DNA of 64,000 nucleotides from Escherichia coli (GTDB lineage: Bacteria; Pseudomonadota; Gammaproteobacteria; Enterobacterales; Enterobacteriaceae), in the NCBI RefSeq assembly GCF_024502345.1, contig NZ_JALDNN010000001.1; one strand, 5' to 3'. The notes below the pieces were generated by a model. It worked only from the letters and a program-made list of their open reading frames with translations. It made no database searches and had not been told where the DNA came from. Positions 11,290 through 23,202 of the stretch are shown piece after piece; the stretch's first letter is position 1, and each line of letters opens with the position of its first letter. The translations under genes were made by a program, and so were the position numbers.

Positions 11290-12027
11290 GCGCCATTCGC
11301 CTGGCATAATCTTTTGCCAGGTTTCATTGCCCGTCAGCGGCTGTGTTGCAATCACCGTGACCACATCATTCGGTGTGGTCTGCGAGCTGAAGTCGATTTC
11401 CACATCCTGATCCAGCAGCGTTGCCACGCCAAACGGCGCGCGGCGGGTGATCCAGTGTAAATTAGTCGAGCAATACGCCATCACATAGCGCCCGTCAGAA
11501 AGCAGCATGTTGAAAACGCCCTTCTGCCGCAGTTCATCCGCCAGTGAGGCGATATATTTAAACACTGCCGCCATGTTGCCCGGTGTGCGCGGGTAACGCT
11601 GCGTTAATTTATGCAGGAGCCAGCAGAAGGCTTTTTCGCTATCGGTTTCACCGACCGGGCGGAAGTTGCCGGTTTCCAGTGATTTGTAGCCCGTCAGTTG
11701 TCCGTTATGGGCATAAGTCCAGTTACGCCCCCATAACTCACGGGTAAACGGGTGAGTATTTTCCAGCGCCACCTCGCCCCGATTGGCCTGGCGAATATGA
11801 GCCACCACCGAACAGGATTTTATCGGGTAGTCCTGGACAAGTTTGGCGATGGGGGAATTAAAGCTGGGTTGTGGATCTTTAAATGTGCGACAGCCTTTAC
11901 CTTCGTAAAAGGTAATGCCCCAGCCATCTTTATGTGGCCCGGTTCCACCACCACGCTGCACCAGACCGGTGAAACTAAAGCAGATATCGGTAGGGACGTT
12001 GGCGCTCATCCCGAGCAATTCGCACAT
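11260..12027 (-). CDS. yafJ: Class II glutamine amidotransferase YafJ
   Basis: Start moved to [12 protein letters not shown]... (cat at 12025-12027), preceded by GGAGG; N-terminal Cys nucleophile. Confidence 0.9.
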   Translation of the reverse strand: MCELLGMSANVPTDICFSFTGLVQRGGGTGPHKDGWGITFYEGKGCRTFKDPQPSFNSPIAKLVQDYPIKSCSVVAHIRQANRGEVALENTHPFTRELWGRNWTYAHNGQLTGYKSLETGNFRPVGETDSEKAFCWLLHKLTQRYPRTPGNMAAVFKYIASLADELRQKGVFNMLLSDGRYVMAYCSTNLHWITRRAPFGVATLLDQDVEIDFSSQTTPNDVVTVIATQPLTGNETWQKIMPGEWRLFCLGERVV

Positions 12028-12089
12028 GGGTAACCTCCACAACAGCGGGAGCGCATGGCCCCCGGCGAAGATTGATTTAAGAATTTTCA

Positions 12090-12228
<139 letters not shown>

Positions 12229-12232
12229 AGAC

Positions 12233-12811
12233 TTACTTAACCATCTCTTTTTCAATTAACTGGATCAGGATATGGATCACTTTAATGTGAATCTCCTGAA
12301 TGCGGTCGGCATAACCAAAGTGCGGAACGCGAATTTCGATATCCGCCGTGCCAGCCATTTTACCGCCGTCTTTACCGGTCAGGGTGATCACTTTCATCCC
12401 CTTCTCACGCGCCGCTGCGATCGCTTTGATCACGTTTGCAGAGTTACCGGAGGTGGAGATCCCCAGCAGTACATCGCCTTCGCGACCTACCGCTTCAACG
12501 TAGCGGGAGAAAATATCATTGAAACCGAAATCATTACCGACGCAGGAAATATGACTAACGTCAGAAATAGCAATCGCCGGGTAGCCCGGACGGTTTTCAC
12601 GGTAGCGACCGGTCAACTCTTCGGCAAAGTGCATAGCGTCGCAATGGGAACCGCCGTTGCCGCAGGAAAGCACTTTGCCACCGGCTTTAAAGCTGTCTGC
12701 TAACAGGACCGCCGCGCGCTGAATGGCGTGAATATTGGCGTCATCTTTTAAAAAGTTAGCCAGCGTTTCCGCCGCTTCGTTCAGTTCGTTACGAATAAGA
12801 TCCTGGTACAT
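12233..12811 (-). CDS. gmhA: Phosphoheptose isomerase (sedoheptulose-7-phosphate isomerase)
   Basis: Start moved to [17 protein letters not shown]... (cat at 12809-12811), giving 192 aa; SIS domain motifs; the track ORF has a 54-codon 5' extension. Confidence 0.95.
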
Positions 12812-13050
12812 GAGGATATCCTTCAGCATAAATGTAATAGACAAAATGCAGTGTACCGGATACCGCCAAAAGCGAGAAGTACGGGCAGGTGCTATGACCA
12901 GGACTTTTTGACCTGAAGTGCGGATAAAAACAGCAACAATGTGAGCTTTGTTGTAATTATATTGTAAACACATTGCTAAATGTTTTTACATCCACTACAA
13001 CCATATCATCACAAGTGGTCAGACCTCCTACAAGTAAGGGGCTTTTCGTT

Positions 13051-15495
13051 ATGATGATTTTGAGTATTCTCGCTACGGTTGTCCTGCTCGGCGCGTTGTT
13101 CTATCACCGCGTGAGCTTATTTATCAGCAGTCTGATTTTGCTCGCCTGGACAGCCGCCCTCGGCGTTGCTGGTCTGTGGTCGGCGTGGGTACTGGTGCCT
13201 CTGGCCATTATCCTCGTGCCATTTAACTTTGCGCCTATGCGTAAGTCGATGATTTCCGCGCCGGTATTTCGTGGTTTCCGTAAGGTGATGCCGCCGATGT
13301 CGCGCACTGAGAAAGAAGCGATTGATGCGGGCACCACCTGGTGGGAGGGCGACTTGTTCCAGGGCAAGCCGGACTGGAAAAAGCTGCATAACTATCCGCA
13401 GCCGCGCCTGACCGCCGAAGAGCAAGCGTTTCTCGACGGCCCGGTAGAAGAAGCCTGCCGGATGGCGAATGATTTCCAGATTACTCATGAGCTGGCGGAT
13501 CTGCCGCCGGAGTTGTGGGCGTACCTTAAAGAGCATCGCTTCTTCGCGATGATTATCAAAAAAGAGTACGGCGGACTGGAGTTCTCAGCTTATGCCCAGT
13601 CTCGCGTGCTGCAAAAACTCTCCGGCGTGAGCGGGATCCTGGCGATTACCGTCGGCGTGCCGAACTCATTAGGCCCGGGCGAGCTGCTGCAACATTACGG
13701 CACTGACGAGCAGAAAGATCACTATCTGCCGCGTCTGGCGCGTGGTCAGGAGATCCCTTGCTTTGCACTGACAAGCCCGGAAGCGGGTTCCGATGCGGGC
13801 GCGATTCCGGACACCGGGATTGTCTGCATGGGCGAATGGCAGGGCCAGCAGGTGCTGGGGATGCGTCTGACCTGGAACAAACGCTATATTACGCTGGCAC
13901 CGATTGCGACTGTGCTTGGGCTGGCGTTTAAACTCTCCGACCCGGAAAAGCTGCTGGGTGGCGCAGAAGATTTAGGTATTACCTGTGCGCTGATCCCGAC
14001 CACCACGCCGGGCGTGGAAATTGGTCGTCGCCACTTCCCGCTGAACGTACCGTTCCAGAACGGACCGACGCGCGGTAAAGATGTCTTCGTACCGATCGAT
14101 TACATCATCGGTGGGCCGAAAATGGCCGGGCAAGGCTGGCGGATGCTGGTGGAGTGCCTCTCGGTAGGCCGCGGCATCACCCTGCCTTCCAACTCAACCG
14201 GCGGCGTGAAATCGGTAGCGCTGGCAACGGGCGCGTATGCTCACATTCGCCGTCAGTTCAAAATCTCTATCGGTAAGATGGAAGGGATTGAAGAGCCGCT
14301 GGCGCGTATTGCCGGTAATGCCTACGTGATGGATGCTGCGGCATCGCTGATTACCTACGGCATTATGCTCGGCGAAAAACCTGCCGTGCTGTCGGCTATC
14401 GTTAAGTATCACTGTACCCACCGCGGGCAGCAGTCGATTATTGATGCGATGGATATCACTGGTGGCAAAGGCATTATGCTCGGGCAAAGCAACTTCCTGG
14501 CGCGTGCTTACCAGGGCGCACCGATTGCCATCACCGTTGAAGGGGCTAACATTCTGACCCGCAGCATGATGATCTTCGGACAAGGAGCGATTCGTTGCCA
14601 TCCGTACGTGCTGGAAGAGATGGAAGCGGCGAAGAACAATGACGTCAACGCGTTCGATAAACTGTTGTTCAAACATATCGGTCACGTCGGTAGCAACAAA
14701 GTTCGCAGCTTCTGGCTGGGCCTGACGCGCGGTTTAACCAGCAGCACGCCAACCGGCGATGCCACTAAACGCTACTATCAGCACCTGAACCGCCTGAGCG
14801 CCAACCTCGCCCTGCTTTCTGATGTCTCGATGGCAGTGCTGGGCGGCAGCCTGAAACGTCGCGAGCGCATCTCGGCCCGTCTGGGGGATATTTTAAGCCA
14901 GCTCTACCTCGCCTCTGCCGTGCTGAAGCGTTATGACGACGAAGGCCGTAATGAAGCCGACCTGCCGCTGGTGCACTGGGGCGTACAAGATGCGCTGTAT
15001 CAGGCTGAACAGGCGATGGATGATTTACTGCAAAACTTCCCGAACCGCGTGGTTGCCGGGCTGCTGAATGTGGTGATCTTCCCGACCGGACGTCATTATC
15101 TGGCACCTTCTGACAAGCTGGATCATAAAGTGGCGAAGATTTTACAAGTGCCGAACGCCACCCGTTCCCGCATTGGTCGCGGTCAGTACCTGACGCCGAG
15201 CGAGCATAATCCGGTTGGCTTGCTGGAAGAGGCGCTGGTGGATGTGATTGCCGCCGACCCAATTCATCAGCGGATCTGTAAAGAGCTGGGTAAAAACCTG
15301 CCGTTTACCCGTCTGGATGAACTGGCGCACAACGCGCTGGCGAAGGGGCTGATTGATAAAGATGAAGCCGCTATTCTGGTGAAAGCTGAAGAAAGCCGTC
15401 TGCGCAGTATTAACGTTGATGACTTTGATCCGGAAGAGCTGGCGACGAAGCCGGTAAAGTTGCCGGAGAAAGTGCGGAAAGTTGAAGCCGCGTAA
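13051..15495 (+). CDS. fadE: Acyl-CoA dehydrogenase FadE
   Basis: Start moved to [20 protein letters not shown]... (ATG 13051), giving 814 aa; the track ORF starts 26 codons upstream. Confidence 0.95.
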   Translation: MMILSILATVVLLGALFYHRVSLFISSLILLAWTAALGVAGLWSAWVLVPLAIILVPFNFAPMRKSMISAPVFRGFRKVMPPMSRTEKEAIDAGTTWWEGDLFQGKPDWKKLHNYPQPRLTAEEQAFLDGPVEEACRMANDFQITHELADLPPELWAYLKEHRFFAMIIKKEYGGLEFSAYAQSRVLQKLSGVSGILAITVGVPNSLGPGELLQHYGTDEQKDHYLPRLARGQEIPCFALTSPEAGSDAGAIPDTGIVCMGEWQGQQVLGMRLTWNKRYITLAPIATVLGLAFKLSDPEKLLGGAEDLGITCALIPTTTPGVEIGRRHFPLNVPFQNGPTRGKDVFVPIDYIIGGPKMAGQGWRMLVECLSVGRGITLPSNSTGGVKSVALATGAYAHIRRQFKISIGKMEGIEEPLARIAGNAYVMDAAASLITYGIMLGEKPAVLSAIVKYHCTHRGQQSIIDAMDITGGKGIMLGQSNFLARAYQGAPIAITVEGANILTRSMMIFGQGAIRCHPYVLEEMEAAKNNDVNAFDKLLFKHIGHVGSNKVRSFWLGLTRGLTSSTPTGDATKRYYQHLNRLSANLALLSDVSMAVLGGSLKRRERISARLGDILSQLYLASAVLKRYDDEGRNEADLPLVHWGVQDALYQAEQAMDDLLQNFPNRVVAGLLNVVIFPTGRHYLAPSDKLDHKVAKILQVPNATRSRIGRGQYLTPSEHNPVGLLEEALVDVIAADPIHQRICKELGKNLPFTRLDELAHNALAKGLIDKDEAAILVKAEESRLRSINVDDFDPEELATKPVKLPEKVRKVEAA

Positions 15496-15503
15496 TTGAA
15501 TAA

Positions 15504-15530
15504 CGGAGCCGAAAGGCTCCGTTTCTTTAT
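15504..15530. terminator. Putative bidirectional terminator between fadE and ivy
   Basis: Hairpin acggagcc-gaaa-ggctccgt followed by ttctttat. Confidence 0.5.
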
Positions 15531-15537
15531 CCGCTAA

Positions 15538-16011
15538 TTATTTAAAATTAAAGCCATCCGGATGGTTTTCCAGGCTGCCGGTCAACGCCGCGAACAGCAC
15601 CGTTTTACCATCAATCGAAAGCGCATCGTTCACATTCAGCCAGGTGAGTTTCTCTTGCGACGTTTTCTCATCAATAGTCGAGAACAGCCCCGTCATCTGA
15701 TTAGATTTCTCGGACCACATCACAGCGATACGTTGCGAGCCACAGTCATGCGGTTTGCACGCGCTCATCACCTGATACGTCTCATCTCCCAACGTTACGG
15801 TTTGTGCGGGAGTATAAGTACCGCCTTTCATCACCCAGGCAGGCAGCTTATGCCCTTGTACCATCTGATTAAATGCAGCTTTGGTGGTTTCGCCCTTTGC
15901 AAGGCTGCTAATGGTTAAATCATCCTGCGCCATTGCACTGGTGGCGATGACCAGAGCGGCGACTGTCGTTATTGCCTTAAACATCATTCCTCCCGAGCTT
16001 ATCCTGCCCAT
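15538..16011 (-). CDS. ivy: Inhibitor of vertebrate lysozyme Ivy
   Basis: 157-aa ORF with signal peptide and CKPHDC motif. Confidence 0.95.
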   Translation of the reverse strand: MGRISSGGMMFKAITTVAALVIATSAMAQDDLTISSLAKGETTKAAFNQMVQGHKLPAWVMKGGTYTPAQTVTLGDETYQVMSACKPHDCGSQRIAVMWSEKSNQMTGLFSTIDEKTSQEKLTWLNVNDALSIDGKTVLFAALTGSLENHPDGFNFK

Positions 16012-16164
16012 GTTATTAACCTTCTAAAGCCTGGCGATAACACGATAATTTGCAAATCAGATATTTCCAATATCAGCATTTGTTATCAATTTATTCTGCG
16101 CTAAGGCAACTGCCTGATAAGGTGTTAAAGTTATAAAACCCTTCGCATAAAGGAGTTGTACACC

Positions 16165-16935
16165 GTGCCTGGTTTGAAGATTACGCTTTTGCAGCAACCA
16201 CTGGTGTGGATGGATGGCCCTGCCAACCTGCGTCATTTTGATCGTCAACTGGAAGGTATTACCGGGCGCGATGTGATCGTTCTACCGGAGATGTTTACCA
16301 GCGGCTTTGCCATGGAAGCGGCAGCTTCGTCGCTAGCACAAGATGACGTAGTGAACTGGATGACAGCTAAGGCGCAGCAGTGCAATGCGCTGATTGCAGG
16401 CAGTGTTGCATTACAAACGGAGTCTGGTTCGGTTAACCGCTTTTTGCTGGTTGAGCCGGGCGGCACGGTACATTTTTATGATAAGCGTCATCTGTTCCGC
16501 ATGGCAGATGAGCATCTACATTATAAAGCGGGCAATGCGCGAGTGATTGTGGAATGGCGCGGCTGGCGTATTTTGCCGTTGGTGTGCTACGACTTACGTT
16601 TTCCGGTGTGGTCGCGCAATCTCAACGATTATGACCTCGCCATCTACGTTGCCAACTGGCCTGCTCCGCGCTCTCTGCACTGGCAGGCATTGCTGACGGC
16701 CCGCGCGATTGAGAATCAGGCGTATGTGGCGGGATGCAATCGCGTCGGCAGCGATGGCAACGGCTGCCATTATCGCGGTGACAGCCGGGTGATTAATCCA
16801 CAAGGCGAGATTATCGCTACTGCCGACGCGCATCAGGCAACGCGCATTGATGCGGAGCTGTCGATGATGGCATTGCGGGAATATAGAGAAAAGTTTCCGG
16901 CATGGCAGGATGCGGATGAGTTTAGGTTGTGGTGA
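16165..16935 (+). CDS. yafV: Nitrilase-superfamily omega-amidase YafV
   Basis: C-N hydrolase ORF (...[19 protein letters not shown]...); GTG at 16165 chosen because AAGGAG sits 9 nt upstream; the track starts at TTG 16156. Confidence 0.85.
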   Translation: MPGLKITLLQQPLVWMDGPANLRHFDRQLEGITGRDVIVLPEMFTSGFAMEAAASSLAQDDVVNWMTAKAQQCNALIAGSVALQTESGSVNRFLLVEPGGTVHFYDKRHLFRMADEHLHYKAGNARVIVEWRGWRILPLVCYDLRFPVWSRNLNDYDLAIYVANWPAPRSLHWQALLTARAIENQAYVAGCNRVGSDGNGCHYRGDSRVINPQGEIIATADAHQATRIDAELSMMALREYREKFPAWQDADEFRLW

Positions 16936-17007
16936 GTGGGGGTTGTGTTTAAGGACGGGGAGAGTCGGGGTATTACTACGAAAGCCCGCTCTCCTGCGAC
17001 CACTTTT

Positions 17008-17175
17008 ATCATAGGAGTGTGGAAGCGCTTTTCCATCAATTGCGATGACGTCTTTATCATTTGATGAATGGCAGTCACGCATCCAGTTAATAAAGCATTC
17101 GTGAAATTATACTGAACGGATACAAGACATAACTCTAATTATGGTGTCGTGAACAGGATTACCATTTTCAAAATT
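17008..17175 (-). mobile_element. H-repeat (ISAs1-family transposase gene) internal fragment, copy 1
   Basis: Reverse strand encodes ...[25 protein letters not shown]...; a near-identical 168-bp copy lies at 18928-19095. Confidence 0.6.
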
Positions 17176-17206
17176 ACGATATTATTTGCAGTAATTATGT
17201 TATTAA

Positions 17207-17719
17207 TCATTGTGATATTTCCATCTCTGTGATTAATACCGGATAAGCATTTAATTGCAGAGTTTGCACGAAATTATCGCAGATAACTGGCAATAACAAT
17301 AACCCATCAGCCCGCTGCTGTAATACCTCCATTCGTTCTACTGATTCAACATTAACAACCAAACCAAGGGCATTTAGCGATTTAAGGATCTCCAGATGTT
17401 CACTCATCCAGCGCAGAGAAAAAGGATCATCCCCAATTATAAAAACAGCCCCCCAGCCGGTTAATAACTGGCGTTTCATTACAGAGCCAGGATGAAGTCG
17501 AGTACATATTACAGGAAATACCCCCTGTTGCGATGGTTCCGATGATGTGGATAATTCAGAAATATTTTCCATTGTTAGTGAAGAATTAACATCCATTAAT
17601 AATGGTGAAACAACCTCACTTTCCTTGCTAGTAATGGCTGCACTAATCTGAAAGGGAAATAACAATATTATTACGTATAAACTCATTTTTAACATAACAC
17701 ATTCAATCCGTTTATTCAT
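17207..17719 (-). CDS. Hypothetical secreted protein (signal peptide), unknown function
   Basis: 170-aa ORF in an AT-rich block; hydrophobic N-terminus MLKMSLYVIILLFPFQISAAITSK; no family recognised. Confidence 0.45.
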   Translation of the reverse strand: MNKRIECVMLKMSLYVIILLFPFQISAAITSKESEVVSPLLMDVNSSLTMENISELSTSSEPSQQGVFPVICTRLHPGSVMKRQLLTGWGAVFIIGDDPFSLRWMSEHLEILKSLNALGLVVNVESVERMEVLQQRADGLLLLPVICDNFVQTLQLNAYPVLITEMEISQ

Positions 17720-17785
17720 GTTATAGAATAATGATGCTATAAATCATCATTAATGTTCAATTATTTAATCACACAATTTGAAAAA

Positions 17786-18289
17786 TCATTGACCAATGTG
17801 AATTGGCAATGTACCACTCAAGTTAAAATCACTGAATATTTTATCAATTTCTCTTGCAGTTTCTATATATTTAACCTCTTTCGTACTTGCATTATAAATA
17901 GCCCAAGCCTCGGGATGGGATGTTCCACCAAACCTTACAAAAAAACTTGATTTCATATTATTATATAAATTAACATCAGGAAAAGGATCTTCTCCAAAAT
18001 TAGTAGTATTGAATAATGAAAGTTCGTATCGCTTAGAAAATTCTGTTGGTAGGATAGCTTCACTGCCATCAATAGCATTCATCCAGAGTTTGTTACCATT
18101 ATATTCCAACAATAATCTCTGTTTTGCATGTGTCTTATCTCGTTCTTTAACGACAGCGAATACCTTTTTAACAACTTGCTGTGCGGATGGTCCTATTGTA
18201 TTACCAAAAGCTGGCAACCCGATTTTGCCATAAACACTCTCCTGAATGAAATAAATATCCGTTTTATCGGCCTCGACAATATCTACCAT
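17786..18289 (-). CDS. Hypothetical protein, unknown function
   Basis: 167-aa ORF in an AT-rich block between the H-repeat fragments; no family recognised. Confidence 0.45.
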   Translation of the reverse strand: MVDIVEADKTDIYFIQESVYGKIGLPAFGNTIGPSAQQVVKKVFAVVKERDKTHAKQRLLLEYNGNKLWMNAIDGSEAILPTEFSKRYELSLFNTTNFGEDPFPDVNLYNNMKSSFFVRFGGTSHPEAWAIYNASTKEVKYIETAREIDKIFSDFNLSGTLPIHIGQ

Positions 18290-18612
18290 TTATCCCTCCA
18301 AACAAGACCTGACTCCAGTACAAGAGCATAGTGTGTAGTAAACACTTCATGCTCTTGCCTTGACCATTGAAATAACAACTTTCGTTTGTTTACTGTACGC
18401 TGTCTAAATAGCTGCGTGGAATAAAGTTGCACTTTTTATCATCCCTTGCAGAGCAAGATTACGAAAGCCCGCCCCCGAAAGGACTGACGCGAGGTAGTCT
18501 CTGTCCGCAGCTGCTTTCACATCTTACATCTTGCCCCTGCCTTGAGTATCTTATCTTTCTTTGAAATATTAATAGCGATGTTCCGTATCCCTGAAAATAA
18601 TTCTGTTGCATT

Positions 18613-19095
18613 TCATCTTCTTATTATAAAGTCGTCTTTATTCATTACCACGTCCAGATGCCAGTGCAATTTATTCTCCACTTGCCAGTGATTTCGGTTC
18701 GCTGTGGCGAACTTCTCTGCGGTTAAATCAGCAGAAATGCTATAATATCTGTCCGTCATTTCTGGCTCTTTCTTTTGTTCTGTTATTATTGAACGAAAGG
18801 AGACTGCCATGCATAATTTCTTCAGCCCTTTTCATTCAAACGTGAAATCAATAAGTTCATCAGGGACATCGCAAATAATATGAAGACGGATTTTAATGAC
18901 ATAAATCGCTCCCTTGCGGCGACTCTTGTCATAAGAGTGCCGAAGCGTTTTTCCATCAATTGCAATGACATCTTTATCATCTGAGGAATGGCAGTCACGC
19001 ATCCAGTTAATAAAGCACTCATGAAATTTTGCAGGACTGATACAGGATACAACTCTGGCAATGATATCGTGAACAGGAATACCATTTTCAAAATC
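18613..19095 (-). pseudogene. H-repeat-associated (ISAs1-family) transposase remnant with internal deletion
   Basis: C-terminal ...[21 protein letters not shown]... (65-aa ORF) plus an upstream copy of the [14 protein letters not shown]... fragment. Confidence 0.65.
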
Positions 19096-19440
19096 ACCAT
19101 ATCACTTCAAAAAATTGGGATGTGTTTCCCCAAATCATCTATATCTTCCCAGCCTTATGCACCAAAAATAACGGCGCAAATAGTTAACAGATAGAATATC
19201 TGGCAATTTATGTTCCACTTTCCAGGCTTGCCTGTAATCGGGGATAATAGAAATATGTTCCATCAATTTTTTAAGTTCCATTTTGTCCCCCTTAATTATG
19301 CAATGAGTATTTGATCATGTATAAGCAATGAAAAACAGCTTTAGGTAATAAGGAACACCTCAATTATTGAACATAAAATGCGAATTATTTAGTACAAAAA
19401 AAACAGCATTACGTGATTTTTCCCTGGGAGTACAGTGTGA

Positions 19441-19490
19441 AGTTTCCGGCATGGCGGGATGCGGATGGGTTTGAACTGGGGTGAATAGGC
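19441..19490. repeat. Imperfect direct repeat of the yafV 3' end
   Basis: agtttccggcatggcgggatgcggatgggtttgaactggggtga closely matches 16892-16940 (agtttccggcatggcaggatgcggatgagtttaggttgtggtga). Confidence 0.6.
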
Positions 19491-21246
19491 ACTACATGTC
19501 TACATTTTCCCGGTCACCAACCCCTCAATCTTATGAACTTAACCTCGGCTCACCGTTTTCGATTCCATCCAATAAATGACCCGGTTGGATGTGGGCTGAT
19601 CGCCAACAACTTTGCCATCTGCAGAGATTAGCTTCAGCTCTTTATTAGCCTCATCACCGAAGTAAATCATGCGGTAGCGAAAATAACCGCCCCAGGGTTC
19701 ACGTCCACCCAGCGAACTTTGCATAAACCAGGCGCGGGAGTCGTGAACCTGGTCATCATAGAGGGCCAGTAATTCAGCGCATGGCTGAGTACGCGTTCCC
19801 GTTCCCAGTGAATCAATAAAAAATTGTGGATAGAGTCCGTCTCCCATAGCCTTAATTTGCTGATATTCTTTTGCTTCATCATCGCCATTAATCAGATACA
19901 CCGGATATTTAGGAATGACATCCACAAGAATCTGAATGGCTTTCTCCATGACGCTGCCGTTAATATCGCGCGTCCATCCTTTATAATCGCTCTGAAATTC
20001 TCGGGCTGCCTCTCGCAACTGATACTGAGCATTGGTTGGGTCAAGGATAGGAATGCCCTGATTACTTTCATCAAGTGTGCCATTCCCTTTCTGCTTGTTC
20101 GCCCGCTCTTTTTCAATATTTTCCATTTGTTCTTTACGCGCTTTAGCCTCTTTATCAAGTCCATCTTTATCCAGCTGTGGCGCCTTAATATAAAAAGGTT
20201 GCACAAGAAGGCTGTTATTCGCATAGCGACCGATACGCCAGGCGGTGATCCAGCCGATCTGATCGCTAATTGCGCTTTCAAGAACCTGGGCAAGTTGATA
20301 GGAGTGATAACCTTCCCTCGTATCAATCATTTCTTCTGTACCCTGCAAGGTGGTGTTCAGCAGCGTTTGTCGCCAGATGTTGAAGCGTTTTGTTAATGAA
20401 TTAGCAATCGTAAATTCCTTTACGCTAGAAGGACTCATAATTCGCAGAGGCGACACACCTTTTATTAATGGAGTAACAAATTTAGAATAAACAGCAAGTG
20501 GTGCTCCTGAATCAAATGCAGCAAGATACATATCATGCAGTGCTATCTGAGAAAGAATTTCGCCTGAGTCACCACAGGACTTCCCCTGATCGCGAACGGG
20601 ATAGCCACCACCGACATCAGAGTGCATCCCCGGATAGATAATTTCCGTCTGGACGACGGATTGAATCCAGCGGAAAGCACAGCCGCTGCTCATGCGCGGC
20701 AACGAAGTGGCGGCAGCATTTAATCAGGCCGGGAAACTGCCTCTCATCAGGGAGTTGCTGAGTACTATCGGCCCATCCCATATGACCGGCAGCGCCCGGT
20801 AAAACATGCGCCGCCCCCACAGAAGCTACGGTATCCAGCAGCCCCAAAAACTCAATACTGACAGCTAACCCGGCCAGCATCACCTGTTGCTCCTGCGGGC
20901 AAGCTAACTGAGTCAACCAGTTAACAAAAGTTCGTGCTTCCGCTGCGCCACGGGAAAATCCGTAGATAAACAGCTTTACGTTTAGCAGGCGCGGACTGGC
21001 TTGCTCTAACAGTCCCTGTAATTTTTCCAGGTAGGGGTTAATCACATTGCGACGATTCACTTCACCAGTCATAGGCCAGGGAGCGCGCATAAGAGGAATG
21101 TGCTCTTTTGCCACATTATCATCCAGTCGCTTATGGGAAGGGTCAATGGAATAGTTCAGGGCATCCACGAGGCGTAATAATGCCCAATTAATTCGATCTT
21201 CACCACCAGTAGCGAACTCCAGCCCGCTGTTGCTGTAATCCATTTC

Positions 21247-22303
21247 GGCTTTGTTGAATAAATCGAACTTTTGCTGAGTTGAAGGATCAGATCACGTATC
21301 TTCCCGACAACGCAGACCGTTCCGTGGCAAAGCAAAAGTTCAAAATCACCAACTGGCCCACCTACAATAAAGCCCTCATCAACCGTGGCTCCATAACTTT
21401 CTGGCTGGATGATGAAGCTATTCAGGCCTGGTATGAGTCAGCAACACCTTCTTCACGAGGCAGACCTCAGCGCTATTCTGACCTTGCCATCACGACTGTG
21501 CTGGTCATTAAACGCGTATTCAGGCTGACCCTGCGCGCTGCGCAGGGCTTTATTGATTCCATTTTTTCTCTGATGAACGTTCCGCTACGCTGCCCGGATT
21601 ACAGCTGTGTCAGCAGGCGGGCAAAGTCGGTTAATGTCAGTTTCAAAACGCCCACCCGGGGTGAAATCGCACACCTGGTAATTGATTCCACCGGGCTGAA
21701 GGTCTTCGGTGAAGGCGAGTGGAAAGTCAAAAAGCATGGCCAGGAACGCCGCCGTATCTGGCGTAAGCTGCATCTCGCCGTTGACAGTAAAACACATGAA
21801 ATCATCTGCGCTGACCTGTCGCTGAACAACGTTACGGACTCAGAGGCCTTCCCCGGGTTAATCCGGCAAACCCACCGGAAAATCAGGTCAGCCGCCGCCG
21901 ATGGCGCTTACGATACCCGGCTATGTCACGATGAACTGCGGCGTAAGAAAATCAGCGCGCTTATCCCTCCCCGAAAAGGTGCGGGTTACTGGCCCGGTGA
22001 ATATGCAGACCGTAACCGTGCAGTGGCTAATCAGCGAATGACCGGGAGTAATGCGCGGTGGAAATGGACAACAGATTACAACCGTCGCTCGATAGCGGAA
22101 ACGGCGATGTACCGGGTAAAACAGCTGTTCGGGGGTTCACTGACACTGCGTGACTACGATGGTCAGGTTGCAGAGGCTATGGCCCTGGTACGAGCGCTGA
22201 ACAAAATGACGAAAGCAGGTATGCCTGAAAGCGTGCGTATTGCCTGAAAACACAACCCGCTACGGGGGAGACTTACCCGAAATCTGATTTATTCAACAAA
22301 GCC
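21247..22303 (+). mobile_element. IS903-like insertion sequence (IS5 family), 1057 bp
   Basis: Terminal inverted repeats GGCTTTGTTGAATAAATC at both ends; perfect 9-bp target duplication ATCCATTTC at 21238-21246 and 22304-22312. Confidence 0.9.
21279..22247 (+). CDS. IS903-family transposase
   Basis: ORF ...AKQKFKITNWPTYNKALINRGSITFWLDDEAIQAWYES...; true start may be a few codons downstream of the track ATG. Confidence 0.9.
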   Translation: MKDQITYLPDNADRSVAKQKFKITNWPTYNKALINRGSITFWLDDEAIQAWYESATPSSRGRPQRYSDLAITTVLVIKRVFRLTLRAAQGFIDSIFSLMNVPLRCPDYSCVSRRAKSVNVSFKTPTRGEIAHLVIDSTGLKVFGEGEWKVKKHGQERRRIWRKLHLAVDSKTHEIICADLSLNNVTDSEAFPGLIRQTHRKIRSAAADGAYDTRLCHDELRRKKISALIPPRKGAGYWPGEYADRNRAVANQRMTGSNARWKWTTDYNRRSIAETAMYRVKQLFGGSLTLRDYDGQVAEAMALVRALNKMTKAGMPESVRIA

Positions 22304-22659
22304 ATCCATTTCACCTATCTTGGGAAATGGTGTGCCTACACCCGGTATATAGTAGTTAAAATATCCCTGTTCTTCTGCGTTCTGATAGGTCGTATGAAAC
22401 AGTTTGGCAATATTGGTTGGGTGTCCAGGAGTGTCATTATATTCATTATTATTTGTACCATCAAAAAACAGACTAATATGCAGACTTTGATTACACGTAA
22501 AGCCAATTCTAAATCCAGCCTGTTTACTACAGTTGGTTTTGTGCTCTTCTGTTTTATTGATTTGTTTTAGGTAGTTCGCGTTTACCTGCGCTTCAGATAA
22601 TATTAATCGCCCATCTTCAGGGAACAACGGGGGGGCATAACACGGAAAAGCCAGACCAC

Positions 22660-23202
22660 TTATTTTGCTGGACATGTTGCAGGTTCCTTCATCTCGCGGG
22701 GTTCTTTGATAGGATAATTCGGTGTGCCATAGCCCTCGCAGACGGTTGTCACTTTAATCTGATTACACGGCAGAAAATGAACGGTCAGGCCACAACGTTC
22801 AGCGCCGTATTCCGGGATGTCAACAATTACTTTATATTTTTGATAATTTGCAGCATGTTTAGCATAAGCATCTTCTTCATAGCCAAAACCTTCTTTTTTC
22901 ATTGCAATAGGTTCAAGGGGGTTCGGGTCTACTTCCCACTCGATCCGGGCTTTTAATCCAGAATGCCACTTCTTTGGTAACATTATGCAGCAATATCCAC
23001 CGCCCAAACCATGGACCCGATAACCATTTACGGTGAACCAATTAATACTGATACCTTTAATATGATTTATTGCCCGGAGATCACCAGCAGTATAATCGTC
23101 GTAATTAGCTGCTGAGCAACCCGAAATCACCATCAAAATTAACACCAGACAGCCTTTAACTACTTTTGTTATATTCATTCCATTTCTTATTTTGCTGGAC
23201 AT
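22660..23202 (-). CDS. Lipoprotein next to the Tle1 effector gene (possible Tli-type immunity protein)
   Basis: 180-aa ORF with lipobox LILMVISGCSA; sits immediately upstream of the Tle1 fragment; the immunity role is inferred from position only. Confidence 0.5.
   Translation of the reverse strand: MSSKIRNGMNITKVVKGCLVLILMVISGCSAANYDDYTAGDLRAINHIKGISINWFTVNGYRVHGLGGGYCCIMLPKKWHSGLKARIEWEVDPNPLEPIAMKKEGFGYEEDAYAKHAANYQKYKVIVDIPEYGAERCGLTVHFLPCNQIKVTTVCEGYGTPNYPIKEPREMKEPATCPAK

Larger units (their letters stand above)
19539..22675 (-). pseudogene. T6SS-type Tle1-family phospholipase effector (DUF2235), disrupted by an IS903-like insertion and a frameshift
   Basis: N-terminal fragment with SLFFDGTNNN (22675..22304), in-frame continuation MDYSNSGLEF...FIYGFSRGAAEARTF (21243..20617), then a frame change into ...GMHSDVGGGYP... 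(20702..19539). Confidence 0.7.

Noticed and set aside
16594-17082. 162-aa reverse-strand ORF overlapping the yafV 3' end
   Set aside because: Chimeric reading: the first ~27 residues come from the H-repeat fragment, after which the frame runs antisense through yafV.
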